In this document: positions 47,331 through 57,727 of the stretch, piece after piece
Position numbering within the stretch: the stretch's first letter is position 1
Layout: each line of letters opens with the position of its first letter
Source: Chiloscyllium plagiosum
Lineage: Eukaryota
Assembly (NCBI RefSeq): GCF_004010195.1
Contig: NC_057718.1
Coordinates: 10,656,474-10,714,200 of the forward strand
Direction: 5' to 3'
Length of the DNA: 57,727 nt
Notes under the pieces: generated by a model
Told to the model about the DNA's origin: nothing
Seen by the model: the letters and a program-made list of their open reading frames with translations, nothing else
Databases searched by the model: none
Position numbers and translations under genes: made by a program

Positions 47331-50300
47331 CAAACTCCTTATAAAACTCACCTGGGAGACCATCAGGGCCAAGCATTTCCCACTCTGAAATTGCCTAGCT
47401 GCCTCCTGTATTTACTGAACTGTCAAGGGGAAATTAAGGAGAGAGGTCTGGTCCAAGGTTACCTCTGGGAGGTCCAGGTTCTTAAAAAAAGCCTCACCTG
47501 TCCTTGCAACCTTCAGACTGATACAATTCAGAGTAAAAATTCCGAAAAGCCTCATTAATCTTTTTGGCATCATGTGTAAGGACCCTGGCACTGTCTCTGA
47601 TTGCAGTATTGAATTGGGGAGCACATTTTTTCCTAGTCATGTATGCTAAATACTTTCCTGGCCTATCACCATACTCAAACAGGCTTTGTCTAGCAAAACC
47701 AAGTTTGTTCTTTGCGGTTTATGTAAGTATTGAATTCAAGGCAGCCCGGAGGGCTGTGATCTGCTATAGCTTAGTCACAGAAGGCTGTGCAAAACGTGCT
47801 GCCTCGGTGGCTTTCAATCGCGCCTCAAGTGGACGCTGCTGTTCCTCCTTCTGTCTTTTCCCTAGCCAAATAGGAAATAGCTAATCCCCAGCAAAGGCCT
47901 GAGCAGTCTCCCATAGCATAGACTGACTACTAGCCGTGCCTGAGTTGATAGTCAAGAATTCCTGAAATTCCTTCAGAAAGTATTCCACAAATTTGAAATC
48001 CTTAAGGAGAAAAGGATCCAGACGCCAGTGCCGCAAACCTAGCCCCTCACTCTTGGCCTTAACTTCCAAATATACCGCCACATGATCAGAGATAGCTATG
48101 ATCCCAATTTTACAACCCATAAATGAATCCGGAAGGGCCGAGGGAGCCAGAAGGAGATCAATCCTCATTTGACATTTATGTGGGTTTGAAGAAAAGGGTG
48201 AAGACATCTCCAAATGTCCACCAGCTCTAACTCCTTGCATAAGTCAGTCACGTGCTTGGCCTGTGAAGAAATAGTTGGAAGCCCACGAGGCATCCTGTCC
48301 ACTGTTGGATCCAAAAGACAATTGAAATCCACCCCCCTCCCCCCGATGATGATGTGCCGTGTTCCAGAGGCACTCTGCTTAGAGAAGGCACTAATCAAAA
48401 ATTTGATTGGATGTACCGGAGGACAGTAGACATTTAAAATGCCGTATTCCTCTACATGTATCAGGGCCTTAAGTATCGCAAACCACCCCTGCTCATCTTT
48501 CACCTGCTCTAATAATGCGAACGGAAGATTTTTCTGGATAAGTACTGCCACTCCCCTACTTTTAGTAGTAATGGATGAAAAGAATACCCAGTCATAATCC
48601 CCCCCCACTGTAGCTTCAGGTGTTCCCCATCATCAAGATGGGTTTCCTGCAACAAAGCAATATCAACCCTTTCCCTCTTAAGGCTAGAAAGTACTTTTTT
48701 TTTCCTTTTAACAGGTGAATGACTTCCCCTGATGTTCCAAGTGCACCGTTTAACAAGACACTTAGCCATATCCCCTTTCAGAGACCCTTGAACCCCTGGG
48801 AGGAAGAACCCTGCTTACAATGCGCCAAGCACAAGTAAATAAAGACTCATAGAGTCAAAGAGTAGTTTTTGTTTACACAATTCTATCATAATTACAAACC
48901 ACTATTACTACCAAAAAACTACAAAGAAAACCAACTATAAAACCTTGAACGGAAGACTCTTTCCCCCTGCCCATCCCCTCCTTCTCAACTCCTTCAAGCC
49001 CGGTCTGTGCCCCAGCCTTAAGCAAAAAAAAAGGAAATCCTTAAATCAACAAAAAAAAGTCAGGTTAAGCACTCAGCCCATCCCCAGCTTCATGTCACCC
49101 CTACTTGTGACTAAAGGAGAAAGAGAACAAGCAAAAAAAGAGACAACAAAGGACATCCACAAAATTTCTCAAAAAAAAACAGTTAGGTAAAAAAAGATCA
49201 ACATATTCCAAGTTTTTTTAAAATTATTAGGGAGAGAGAAAGGAAGATGCAGGGAAAAAAGGAAAAAGAGGACGAACATTAAAATAGACGGTCTGGTCTG
49301 AAGAATGCGGTTAAAGTTTTTAGCTTTATCCGCTGAGTCAAATGTATAAACTGAGTCCTTGAGGCTGAAACGGAGCATCTCATGGAGTACTGGATACCAA
49401 GTTCCTTAGCCTCTTTTTAACTTAAAGGATGGACTTCCTCTTTTGAGTTGTGCAGCAGTGCCTGTGGATCTTTTCCCAGTGATCTGGAGGCTTCTATTAC
49501 TTTTTGCTTGTCCTTGTATGAGTGAAAGTGCACTAGGGGGCGCTGTACTGGCCCTGACCTGTGCACTGCGACCGATACGCCCTTTTGATCAGCAGCCGGC
49601 TGGACTTGATTCAAAGGCCCAGGAACTCAAGCAGCCAGTGTTCAAAGAATTTGACTGGCTGCCCACCTCCTTCACCCTCTGAGAGCCCAACAATCCAAAG
49701 ATTCATCCTCCGACCTTGATTTTAGAGGTTGTCGCCTTGGTCTAGTAAGGCTCGCACCTCCTGTTCCGGTACCTGGATCCAACTGGATGAGGACTCCATC
49801 ACCCCTTCCGAGACCTTGGTTTGACACTCCACCTCCAGCTGCTCTCCGAGGCTCTGGATCTCCCGGTCATGGTTCTGCAGCATGGGCATGATGGGTTGGA
49901 TCTGGGCACGATTCTCACGGATCTCCTCAATTGCAGCCCCAACTTTTGAGGTAAGTCTCTCCATCACCGCTGCCAATTCCTGAGAGTCTCAGGTCCCTGG
50001 GGGCAGTTCAGGAGAGGCTGCTGCTGCTGCAGTCTCTGGTATGCATCGTGCTGCAGGACAGTGTCCTCTTTGCCGCTGTTTGCTTGCTCCTTTTCCCTTT
50101 GGCATCCTTCCCTTTCCCAAATATTAACAAATATGTGTTCTGTAAGGTTTTGAACTAATAATTTCTCCACATAAGTTGGCCTGGGATGGTTTAAAGAAAA
50201 TAATATGCCTTGGCTGTTCGGCAGAGTCATCCATGGCAGTTCTACAGAATTGCTGCCATCTTAGAGTTGTTGCCAGACTTTTAAGACACCATTCAACCTA

Positions 50301-50999
50301 CTTCCTATGTTATTGGTGTCTTTGGCAAGACTGACATTGTTGTTCATCCTAATTGTCATTGAACTGAATGGCTTGCTTGGCCATTTCAGAGGGCAGTTAA
50401 GAGTCAAACACATTGCAGTGGGTCTGCAGGTGTGTAGGCCAGATCCGACGGAAATGGCAGATTGCTTTCCCTAAAGGGGAGTGGGTTTTTACAGCAATCA
50501 ACGATAGCTCATCTTTATTTTCAATTCCAAATTTTTATTTATTGATATTCAGTTTCCACAGCTGCCTTGATGGGATTTGCATCCATGTCCCCAGAACATT
50601 ATCCTTTTGATTACTATTTCAGTTATTACTATTGCTACTGTATAAACTGAGACCACAACCACTATTGACTGGTAGAGGAGGCTTGAAGGACTAAATGGCC
50701 TATTCTTTTTAATCATTCTGTTCAGACATGTTATGTCACATACACAAACAGATATTGCTGGAAAAACTCTAAGTCTGGGAGCTGCTGTTCCTAGATAAAT
50801 CTACATTTGACATTTATGAGCTTTTTCAAAAGCCAAAAATCAAACAACAACAGATTTGTTTGAAATTGCAATTTCAAATAAACCTGTTGGACTGTAACCT
50901 AGTGTTTTATTTTTGACCTTGTCCACCCCAGTTCAACTGTGGCATCTCCACATAATTTTTAAAAGCCAGTTGACCCGAGTTCAGAACCAGCATGTTTCT

Positions 51000-52890
51000 G
51001 TGAGGATGAAAGATGATGATGGTAAGATTTGGGAACCTTGGACGACAAGAGATGTAAGTTTAGTTGAAAATAAAAATAAATGTTATGTTTAGGAAACAGA
51101 AATTAAACAAAGCCCGTGAGTATATTGGAAGCAGAAAATAATTTTTCAAAAATTGGGTGGGCTAGAAAGGGCCATGAAATGTCCTTGGCAATGCAGAGTC
51201 CCAAGGCATTTTATACCTATTAGGAGGAAGAAGGTAAATAGGGAAAAGGTAGGTTCACTCAAGGATAAAGGGCATTTGTGTGTGGAGCTAGAGGGAGTGG
51301 TGAGATCGTTAATAAGTGCTTTGCTTCAGTATTCACCAAAGAGAGAGACATGAATAATGGCAACTTTAAAGAGGGGTTTGTTGTTACTCTCTAAGGCATA
51401 TCGATATTAAAAAGGAGAACGTGTTGGGTGGCTTGAAACACATCTCACTGTATACTAAAGGGAGCAAGGGAGGAGATTGTTGAGGCCTTGACAGAGGATA
51501 CAGAGATCTCTTTAGCCACAGGCAAGATCCCAGAAGGCTGGAGAAAAGCCAGTGTTGTTTCAACGTTTTGAGAAGGGCAACAGGGATAATCCAGGAAATT
51601 ATAGACTGGGTAGTCCTACATCAATGGCAGGGAAAGTATTGGAGAAGATTCTGAGGGACAAGGTTTATTTGCATTTAGAGAAGAGTTGACTTGTTGGCAG
51701 TAGTCAACATGGCTTTATGCAGGCAAGGTCTTGTCTTACAAACTTGCTTGTATGTTTTGAGGAAATTACAAAGATAATTGATTGAGGTTAAGGTGGTAGA
51801 TCTTGTCTACATGGACTTTACAAAAGCATTTCACAAGGTCCCTAATGATAGGCTGGTCCAGAAGATCAAATTGCATTTAATCCACATGAGTTGGTAAGTT
51901 AGATCAAAATTGGCTAGGCTTTCAAATCTAGAGTAGTTGTAGAAGTTTGTTTTTCTGACTAGAGATCTGTAACCAGTGTGGCTGTGCAAGGATCAGTACA
52001 AAGACCTCCTGTTGTTTGCAATTTATATAAATTATTTAGATGAAAATGTTTTAATAAATTAGCAGATGACGTGAAAATTGCTGGAGTTGTGGATAGTTAG
52101 GAAGGATATCAAAGGATGCAGCAGGATATAGATCAGCTGGAAAGTTTTGGGGAGAAATGGCAGATGGAGGTTAGTCCAGATAATTGTGAGGTGATGCATT
52201 TCGGAAATCCAAATGCAAGAGAAAAGTAAATGGCCGGACCCTTAGAGCATTGATTTACAGAGAAAACTTGACATCCAAGTTCATAACTCCCTGCAAGTGG
52301 AAACACAAGTGGATAAGATGGTGAAGAAAACATACAGCAAGCTTGCCTTCATTATTTGGGGCACTGAGTGGAAAAGTTGGTAAGTCATTCCGCAACTGTA
52401 TAAGACTTTGGTCAGGCCACATCAGGAGTACTCTGCATAGTTCTGGTTGCCGCACTATAGCATGGATGTGGAGAATTTTGAAGATGCAGAAGAGGTTTAG
52501 CAGGATGTTGCCGAGCTTAGTGTATATTGGCTATAAGGAGAGGTTGGACAATCCTAGTTTGTTTTCAGTGGAGTATCAGAGGCTAAGGAGCAGGGGCACA
52601 CCCTAATAGAAATACATAAAATTTGAGGGGCATTGGTAGAGTGGGCAGTCGGAGTCTCTTTGCCAGGTGGAAATGTCAAATATGAGGGGGCATAGATTTA
52701 AGGTAAGAGGGGCAAAGTAGGCACCTGGAATGCTGCTAGCGGAAATGGTAGAAGCACATATGTTAGCAAGATTTGAGGCATTCAGGTAGACAGTAAAAGG
52801 ATATACAGTAGACCATGTGCAGGCAGGTGGCTTTAGTTGAGAATAGCATTGTGGTCAGCACAGGGGTGGCCTGGAGGGAGTGTTCCTGTA
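51000..52890 (+). mobile_element. Old degraded CR1 LINE
   Basis: caacatggctttatgcaggcaaggtcttgtcttacaaac, tacatggactttacaaaagcattt, gcagatgacgtgaaaattg, tggcagatggag; many stops. Confidence 0.85.
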
Positions 52891-53050
52891 CAATTCTGTG
52901 GAGAGAAAAGAGTTAATGTTTTGAGTCCCATGTTTTGATGAAATGTCACTAGACTTTAAACACTAACTCTGGCAGCATCTACAAAGAGAAAACAGACTGT
53001 GATTTCTCCAGAAATTTCTGGTTTTATTTGTTTTATTTCTCCAGTTCATT

Positions 53051-53405
53051 TTTTTTAAAACAGGATGTTATTACCCCAACACTACCACCTAACAGCGATT
53101 ATTTTCCCCAGCACCCATGTGTGTGTGCGCAGGTGAGAGACACAAGGTGCACGAATCTTTTTATTCAATTTCCACCACCAGGAAGTAAGAAAATACTCGA
53201 GTGGCCAGTGACAAGCACTGCCCCTCACATCAAAGGGCAGTGCTGCATGATCAAACAGTGAAGGGGAGGGCAGGGATTAAATCAAAATAGTTGGACAAAA
53301 AATAATACGCTCCACTCCCTGCGGTGCCCACCTCTCCCTGAACAGCTCAAAGGTGTTGGTGGACACCGCGTACTCCTTCTCCAGATACACCCAGGCTCTA
53401 ACATA
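53051..53405 (-). mobile_element. Short Tx1-clade 3' end
   Basis: Homologous to 33836-34195; TSD TCCAGTTCATT at 53040-53050 and 53406-53416. Confidence 0.88.
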
Positions 53406-53724
53406 TCCAGTTCATTGTTTTGTGTTATGGCACATGCCAACGGTAGGTGGGACTTGAACCGGGGCCTTTTGCACCCAAGGTATAGACACTGCCACTCTGC
53501 TGCAGGAATTCATCAAATCACAGAATCCCTACAGTGCAGATTTGAGGCCTTTCATGACATATGGTAAACTGGCCAGATTTGCCGAGGGTTAATGAGGAGC
53601 GACCTTTTATTAAATTCCTTTGGTGAATCTGGAAGGTTTATGTGGAAGATCTTTGCCTCTCTTTTGTTTTTGAACCTTTCTTTCCTCAATGCATGTGCAA
53701 ACTAGTTGTTCTTTGCTTCAACAG

Positions 53725-53909
53725 ATAAGGTGAAGGGTCCCCGGAATTTAATGAGAAAGGGAATCGCGCTAATTTTTCTTGGGCACATCAACTTCATTGT
53801 TGGCGCAATCGTTCATGGCACTGTCCTGAGGCACATTTCAAAACCTGAAGGAAAAGTGACTGCTGAGTATTCGGTGGCCAACATTATTTGTGTCATCTCA
53901 GGTTTGTTG
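53725..53909 (+). CDS. KRTCAP3: KRTCAP3 (TMEM54/KRTCAP3 family) coding exon 2
   Basis: caacAG acceptor; encodes [61 protein letters not shown]; GTgagt donor. HGTVLRH and EY.VAN motifs plus position next to NRBP1 favour KRTCAP3 over TMEM54. Confidence 0.93.
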
Positions 53910-54029
53910 GTGAGTTCCTATATTGCATTTATTTTATTGGAGTGAACTGCATTCATCCTGCCTGGAGTGTTGCTGTCAAATTCTTGATTTGATGGAATTA
54001 GATGCTCATGAATGTTGTTTCATGAGAGA

Positions 54030-54270
54030 ATAACAGGACTTGCATTTCCAGAGCAACTTTCACAATATTGTAACATCTTTTAAGGGTTGATAGCCAAGAA
54101 AGCATTTTCATCTGAAGTGCACCTGTAATGGTTGAATAAGGCCTCAGTTTATCATCTTGACCAAAAGATAGAAACTTGGATTGTGTAGTACTCCCTCAGA
54201 ACTGCACTAGAAGTGGCAGCCTAAATTTTGCACTTAAACTATGGAGTAGGACTTAAAGCAACAACCTCTT
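54030..54270 (-). mobile_element. Degraded Deu-domain (SacSINE1-like) SINE
   Basis: ggcctcagtttatcatct ... tactccctcagaactgcactagaagtggcagcctaaattttgcactt ... ggagtaggacttaa. Confidence 0.6.
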
Positions 54271-54535
54271 GGGAGAACAAATGTTACTTATGGGCAGCTA
54301 TAATTCGGGCTGAGATTTTTTTTTAATCCTTGAGTGTTGCCATGGCTTGTTTGGAAGGAGTCTCAACAGTCAGAGGGTTGTGAGTATAGTAGCTACTTTA
54401 GAGATCAATACAGAATGTAGCGTGACAGTCCTGGTACTAGTACTGAGGCATGGCCAGAGCATCATCTTCAAACCAAGACCCTGTCTGATGCCTTGAGTGG
54501 GCATTAAAGCTTGTGGCACAACATCAAAGAAGAGC

Positions 54536-55961
54536 TGAAAATGTGTTGCTGGAAAAGCGCAGCAGGTCAGGCAGCATCCAGGGAACAGGAGAATCGACGT
54601 TTCGGGCATAAGCCCTTCAGGAATGAGGAAAGTGCGTCCAGCAGGCTAAGATAAAAGGTAGGGAGGAGGGACTTGGGGGAGGGGCGTCGGAAATGAGATA
54701 GGTGGAGGGAGGTCAAGGTGAGGGAGATAGGGTGGGGGCGGAGAGGTCAGAAAGATGATTGCAGGTTAGGAAGGCGGTGCTGAGTTCGAGGGATTTGACT
54801 GAGACAAGGTGGGGGGAGGGGAAATGAGGAAACTGGAGAAATCCGAGTTCATCCCTTCTGGTTAGAGGGTTCCCAGGCAGAAGATGAGGCGCTCTTCCTC
54901 CAACCGTCATGTTGCCATGGTCTGGCGATGGAGGAGTCCAAGGACCTGCATGTTCTTGGTGGAGTGGGGGGGGAGTTAAAGTGTTGGGCTACAGGGTGGT
55001 TGGGTTGATTGGACCGGGTGTCCCAGAGGTGTTCTCTGAAACATTCCTCAAGTTGGCGGCCTGTCTCCCCAATATAGAGGAGGCCAAATCGGGTGCAGTG
55101 GATGCAATAGATGATGTGGAGGTGCAGGTGAATTTGTGGCGGATATGGAAGTGTCCCTTGGGGCCTTGGAGGGAAGTAAGGGGGCAGGTGTGGGCGCAAG
55201 TTTGGAACCGCCACCAGGACAGAACCCCACTGGTCCTCACCTACCACCCCAACCATCTCCATGTACAACGTATCATCCGCCGTCATTTCCGCCACCTCCA
55301 AACGGACCCCACCATCAGTGATATATTTCCCTCCCCTCCCCTATCAGCATTCCGTAAAGACCACTCCCTCCGTGACTCCCTCGTCAGGTCCACACCCCCC
55401 CACCAACCCAACCTCCACTCCCAACACCTTCCCCTGCAACCGCAAGAAATGCAAAACTTGCGCCCACACCTCCCCCCTTACTTCCCTCCAAGNNNNNNNN
55501 NNNNNNNNNNNNNNNNNNNNNNNNNNNNNNNNNNNNNNNNNNNNNNNNNNNNNNNNNNNNNNNNNNNNNNNNNNNNNNNNNNNNNNNNNNNNNNNNNNNN
55601 NNNNNNNNNNNNNNNNNNNNNNNNNNNNNNNNNNNNNNNNNNNNNNNNNNNNNNNNNNNNNNNNNNNNNNNNNNNNNNNNNNNNNNNNNNNNNNNNNNNN
55701 NNNNNNNNNNNNNNNNNNNNNNNNNNNNNNNNNNNNNNNNNNNNNNNNNNNNNNNNNNNNNNNNNNNNNNNNNNNNNNNNNNNNNNNNNNNNNNNNNNNN
55801 NNNNNNNNNNNNNNNNNNNNNNNNNNNNNNNNNNNNNNNNNNNNNNNNNNNNNNNNNNNNNNNNNNNNNNCCTGTTCCCTGGATGCTGCCTGACCTGCTG
55901 CGCTTTTCCAGCAACACATTTTCAGCTCTGATCTCCAGCAACTGCAGCCCTCACTTTCTCG
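54536..55961. mobile_element. Penelope-like element with long inverted arm, spanning a gap
   Basis: Minus arm GIY-YIG IIYCIHCTRFGLLYIGETGRQLEECFREH; plus arm from ~55205 (TPLVLTYHP...CNRKKCKTC); pseudo-LTRs at both ends; imperfect TSD TCAAAG(A/G)AGAGC at 54524-54535 and 55962-55973. Confidence 0.9.
55493..55870. other. Assembly gap
   Basis: N run. Confidence 1.
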
Positions 55962-56079
55962 TCAAAGGAGAGCAGGCAGTTATTACACATGTAATGGGAA
56001 TAAATATTTATCCTGGAGCCAGCAGAATTTTTAAAAAGACAAATTCTCAGGCTTGGATTCTAAGATCATAAAACGTAAT

Positions 56080-56430
56080 AATATTTTAACTTGGTGTACA
56101 GTGCTTCGAACTTAATAAATCAACCTAAGATGCTTCTTGGTGTTATAAAGCAAAATTTGGCATCCAATCCTATGAAGACATTTTAAGGCAAATGACCAAA
56201 AGCCTCTTCAGAAGCAAAGTTTAGAGACTGTATTAAAGGAGGGAAAGGCGGAGAGGTTCAGGGTGGGAAATCCTAGTGTGAAGCCTTGCTGGCTGAAGGC
56301 ATGGTTATCAGTCATGGAGCACTTAAAATCAGTAATGTACCACTGAACAGAAGTGGAGAGTGCAGACGTTTCTCCAGAATTTTGAGCTGAGGGTGGTTGC
56401 AGAGATCAGGGGAGAGTCTATTCCAAATGC
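56080..56430 (-). mobile_element. Degraded L2 3' fragment
   Basis: atgaccaaaagc...ttaaaggagg...gagaggttcagggtgggaaatcc...ggctgaaggca is the reverse of the motif set at 41530-41800. Confidence 0.55.
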
Positions 56431-56775
56431 TGGCAATAAAAATATAACGTACCAGAAATACCCACTGTGTCAATCGGCATTTGTAAAAGGAAGATGTTTT
56501 ATGTTACTGAGAGAGAGCTGTGTTTATTGAGATTCTGTACTTAAAATAGTTAACTGTCCTTTCTCTTTGTACCTGCTGAGTGATAACTTCCCCCCTCAAT
56601 GGTTGCACTATATTGTCTTTTGGCAACAGTATCACGGCTGCTGTGCAGATTGTTGAATTGTTTGTTTAATCAAGAAGCACTCTTCAACTCTTCCAAGTGA
56701 CTTTGTAGAACCCAGAACCCATTTAAACTCTGGGTGTGACTAATTGGAATTTTTTTTATGTTTTGATTCTTTCAG

Positions 56776-56835
56776 AGTATCTTAACGGGTATCATCGCTA
56801 TTCTGGTCTCACGGAATGTAACCAAGATAAAACTG
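56776..56835 (+). CDS. KRTCAP3: KRTCAP3 coding exon 3
   Basis: tttcAG acceptor, phase 0; encodes SILTGIIAILVSRNVTKIKL (human SVSVGLVALLASRNLLRPPL); GTatgt donor. Confidence 0.92.
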
Positions 56836-57367
56836 GTATGTGGTTTAATTATAGTTATGCTGAAAAGTGAAAGGAATTTTTTTTTTAAAGGTTTTATTTT
56901 TGAACTTTTTTATAAATGTGAAAATAGTGTGAAATGTGAAGATCAACAGGGGAGGGTTTGTACAATTTTCTAGCACTTTTATATTGTGATCTGTCAGCAC
57001 TTGTCTTTAAAACTAACCGGTTTAGCTGAATGAGCAGCCTGCAACTGTCGAAATACAGAAGTTATCAGTGATTTCACGCCTTCTCTGTTGAAGGCTATTG
57101 TCTTCTCCACTGCCAACACTCATGCAACACACAGTCTGCAATCAAGTACATAGCACTGAAATGATGAGAAAACTCTTCCCTTTTTATATTGCTCCTCTTC
57201 CTGTCAAAACCCTCAAAATAATTGCACCTTATTGAATGAGGTGCATCTGCGCTTTTAGTGGTATACTATTGCCCACAGAAACCCATACTCTAAAACAGTA
57301 CACTTCTAGTTGAGAGATCACGAAACATTCTCATTGATACATGACCTCTAAACAAAACCTACACTTA

Positions 57368-57727
57368 GATGTGATTTGGAGATGCCGGTGTTGGACTGGG
57401 GTGTACAAAGTTAAAAATCACACGACACCAGGTTATAGTCCAACAGGTTTAATTGGAAGCACTAGCTTTCAGAGCGTCGCTCCTTCATCAGGTGGTAGTG
57501 GAGGGTTGAATCCTAACCTACTGAATTTATAACCAAAGTTTCATGGTGTGATGTAACTGAAATTATACATTGAAAATTGATTGTCTGTTAGCCGTTAATC
57601 TGTTAGAATACCGTGATAGTTTCACTTCTTTCATGTGTAAATCACAAAACCTTTTTTAAAAATGTTGCATTCTCAGATCAGCTGTTAACAATGGTGATAG
57701 CTAGATAACATGTTGAAGGTGTTAGCC
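57368..57727 (-). mobile_element. Penelope pseudo-LTR of a third family, running off the window
   Basis: ggagatgccggtgttggactggggtgtacaaagttaaaaatcac...; carries a hammerhead; decayed opposite-strand relative at ~50870-50955. Confidence 0.75.
57460..57494 (-). ncRNA. Minimal type I hammerhead ribozyme motif, core intact
   Basis: Minus strand CAC-CUGAUGA-A-GGAGC-GAC-GCUCU-GAAA-G-CUA-GUG: stem I CAC/GUG, 5-bp stem II, palindromic AGCU, CUA cleavage triplet. Confidence 0.82.

Larger units (their letters stand above)
43128..50266 (-). mobile_element. Full-length decayed L1, antisense in KRTCAP3 intron 1, interrupted at ~45777-47330
   Basis: ORF1 from ATG 50105 (MPKGKG...LRFSLKDSVYTFDSADKA); ORF2 from 48769 (TWNIRG, IALLQETHL, DFNCLLD, RIDLLL, ISDH, LDAEKALD, GSRQDCP, YADDVLL, FRYLGI) to TAA ~43495; AATAAA 43147-43152 and poly(A); TSD TTGTTGCCAG at 43118-43127 and 50267-50276. 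Confidence 0.92.

Noticed and set aside
53706..53945. ORF-track 79-aa ORF as a single-exon gene
   Set aside because: It starts at TTG in intron sequence and reads past the donor; only 53725-53909 is exon.
54909..55941. ORFs of 185-340 aa
   Set aside because: They span the N gap and an inverted Penelope junction; not host genes.

Overview
Vertebrate genomic DNA, by inference from a shark (HE1-type SINEs, HER1/CR1-type LINEs and Penelope families typical of cartilaginous fish). Two protein-coding genes lie on the + strand in the same order as in human. The first is the last three coding exons and ~2 kb 3' UTR of NRBP1 (2778-~13130). The second is the first three coding exons of KRTCAP3 (38971-56835; 14.7 kb first intron; the gene continues beyond the window). 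Most other sequence is nested retroelements: CR1 LINEs, a TSD-bounded full-length antisense L1, Tx1-type elements, a tRNA-headed ORF1-less CR1-group LINE, tRNA SINEs, a Tigger-like MITE, and several families of Penelope-like elements (PLEs). The least obvious signal is a set of minimal type I hammerhead ribozyme motifs in the PLE pseudo-LTRs. Four have complete catalytic cores (16053-16094 -, 25327-25359 -, 37906-37941 +, 57460-57494 -), and one sits in a 299-nt tandem repeat just upstream of the KRTCAP3 promoter. PLE hammerheads are a known class, so these are new instances, not a proven new system. There are two N gaps (36742-37550, 55493-55870). All calls were made by eye; repeat boundaries are approximate unless a TSD is given.
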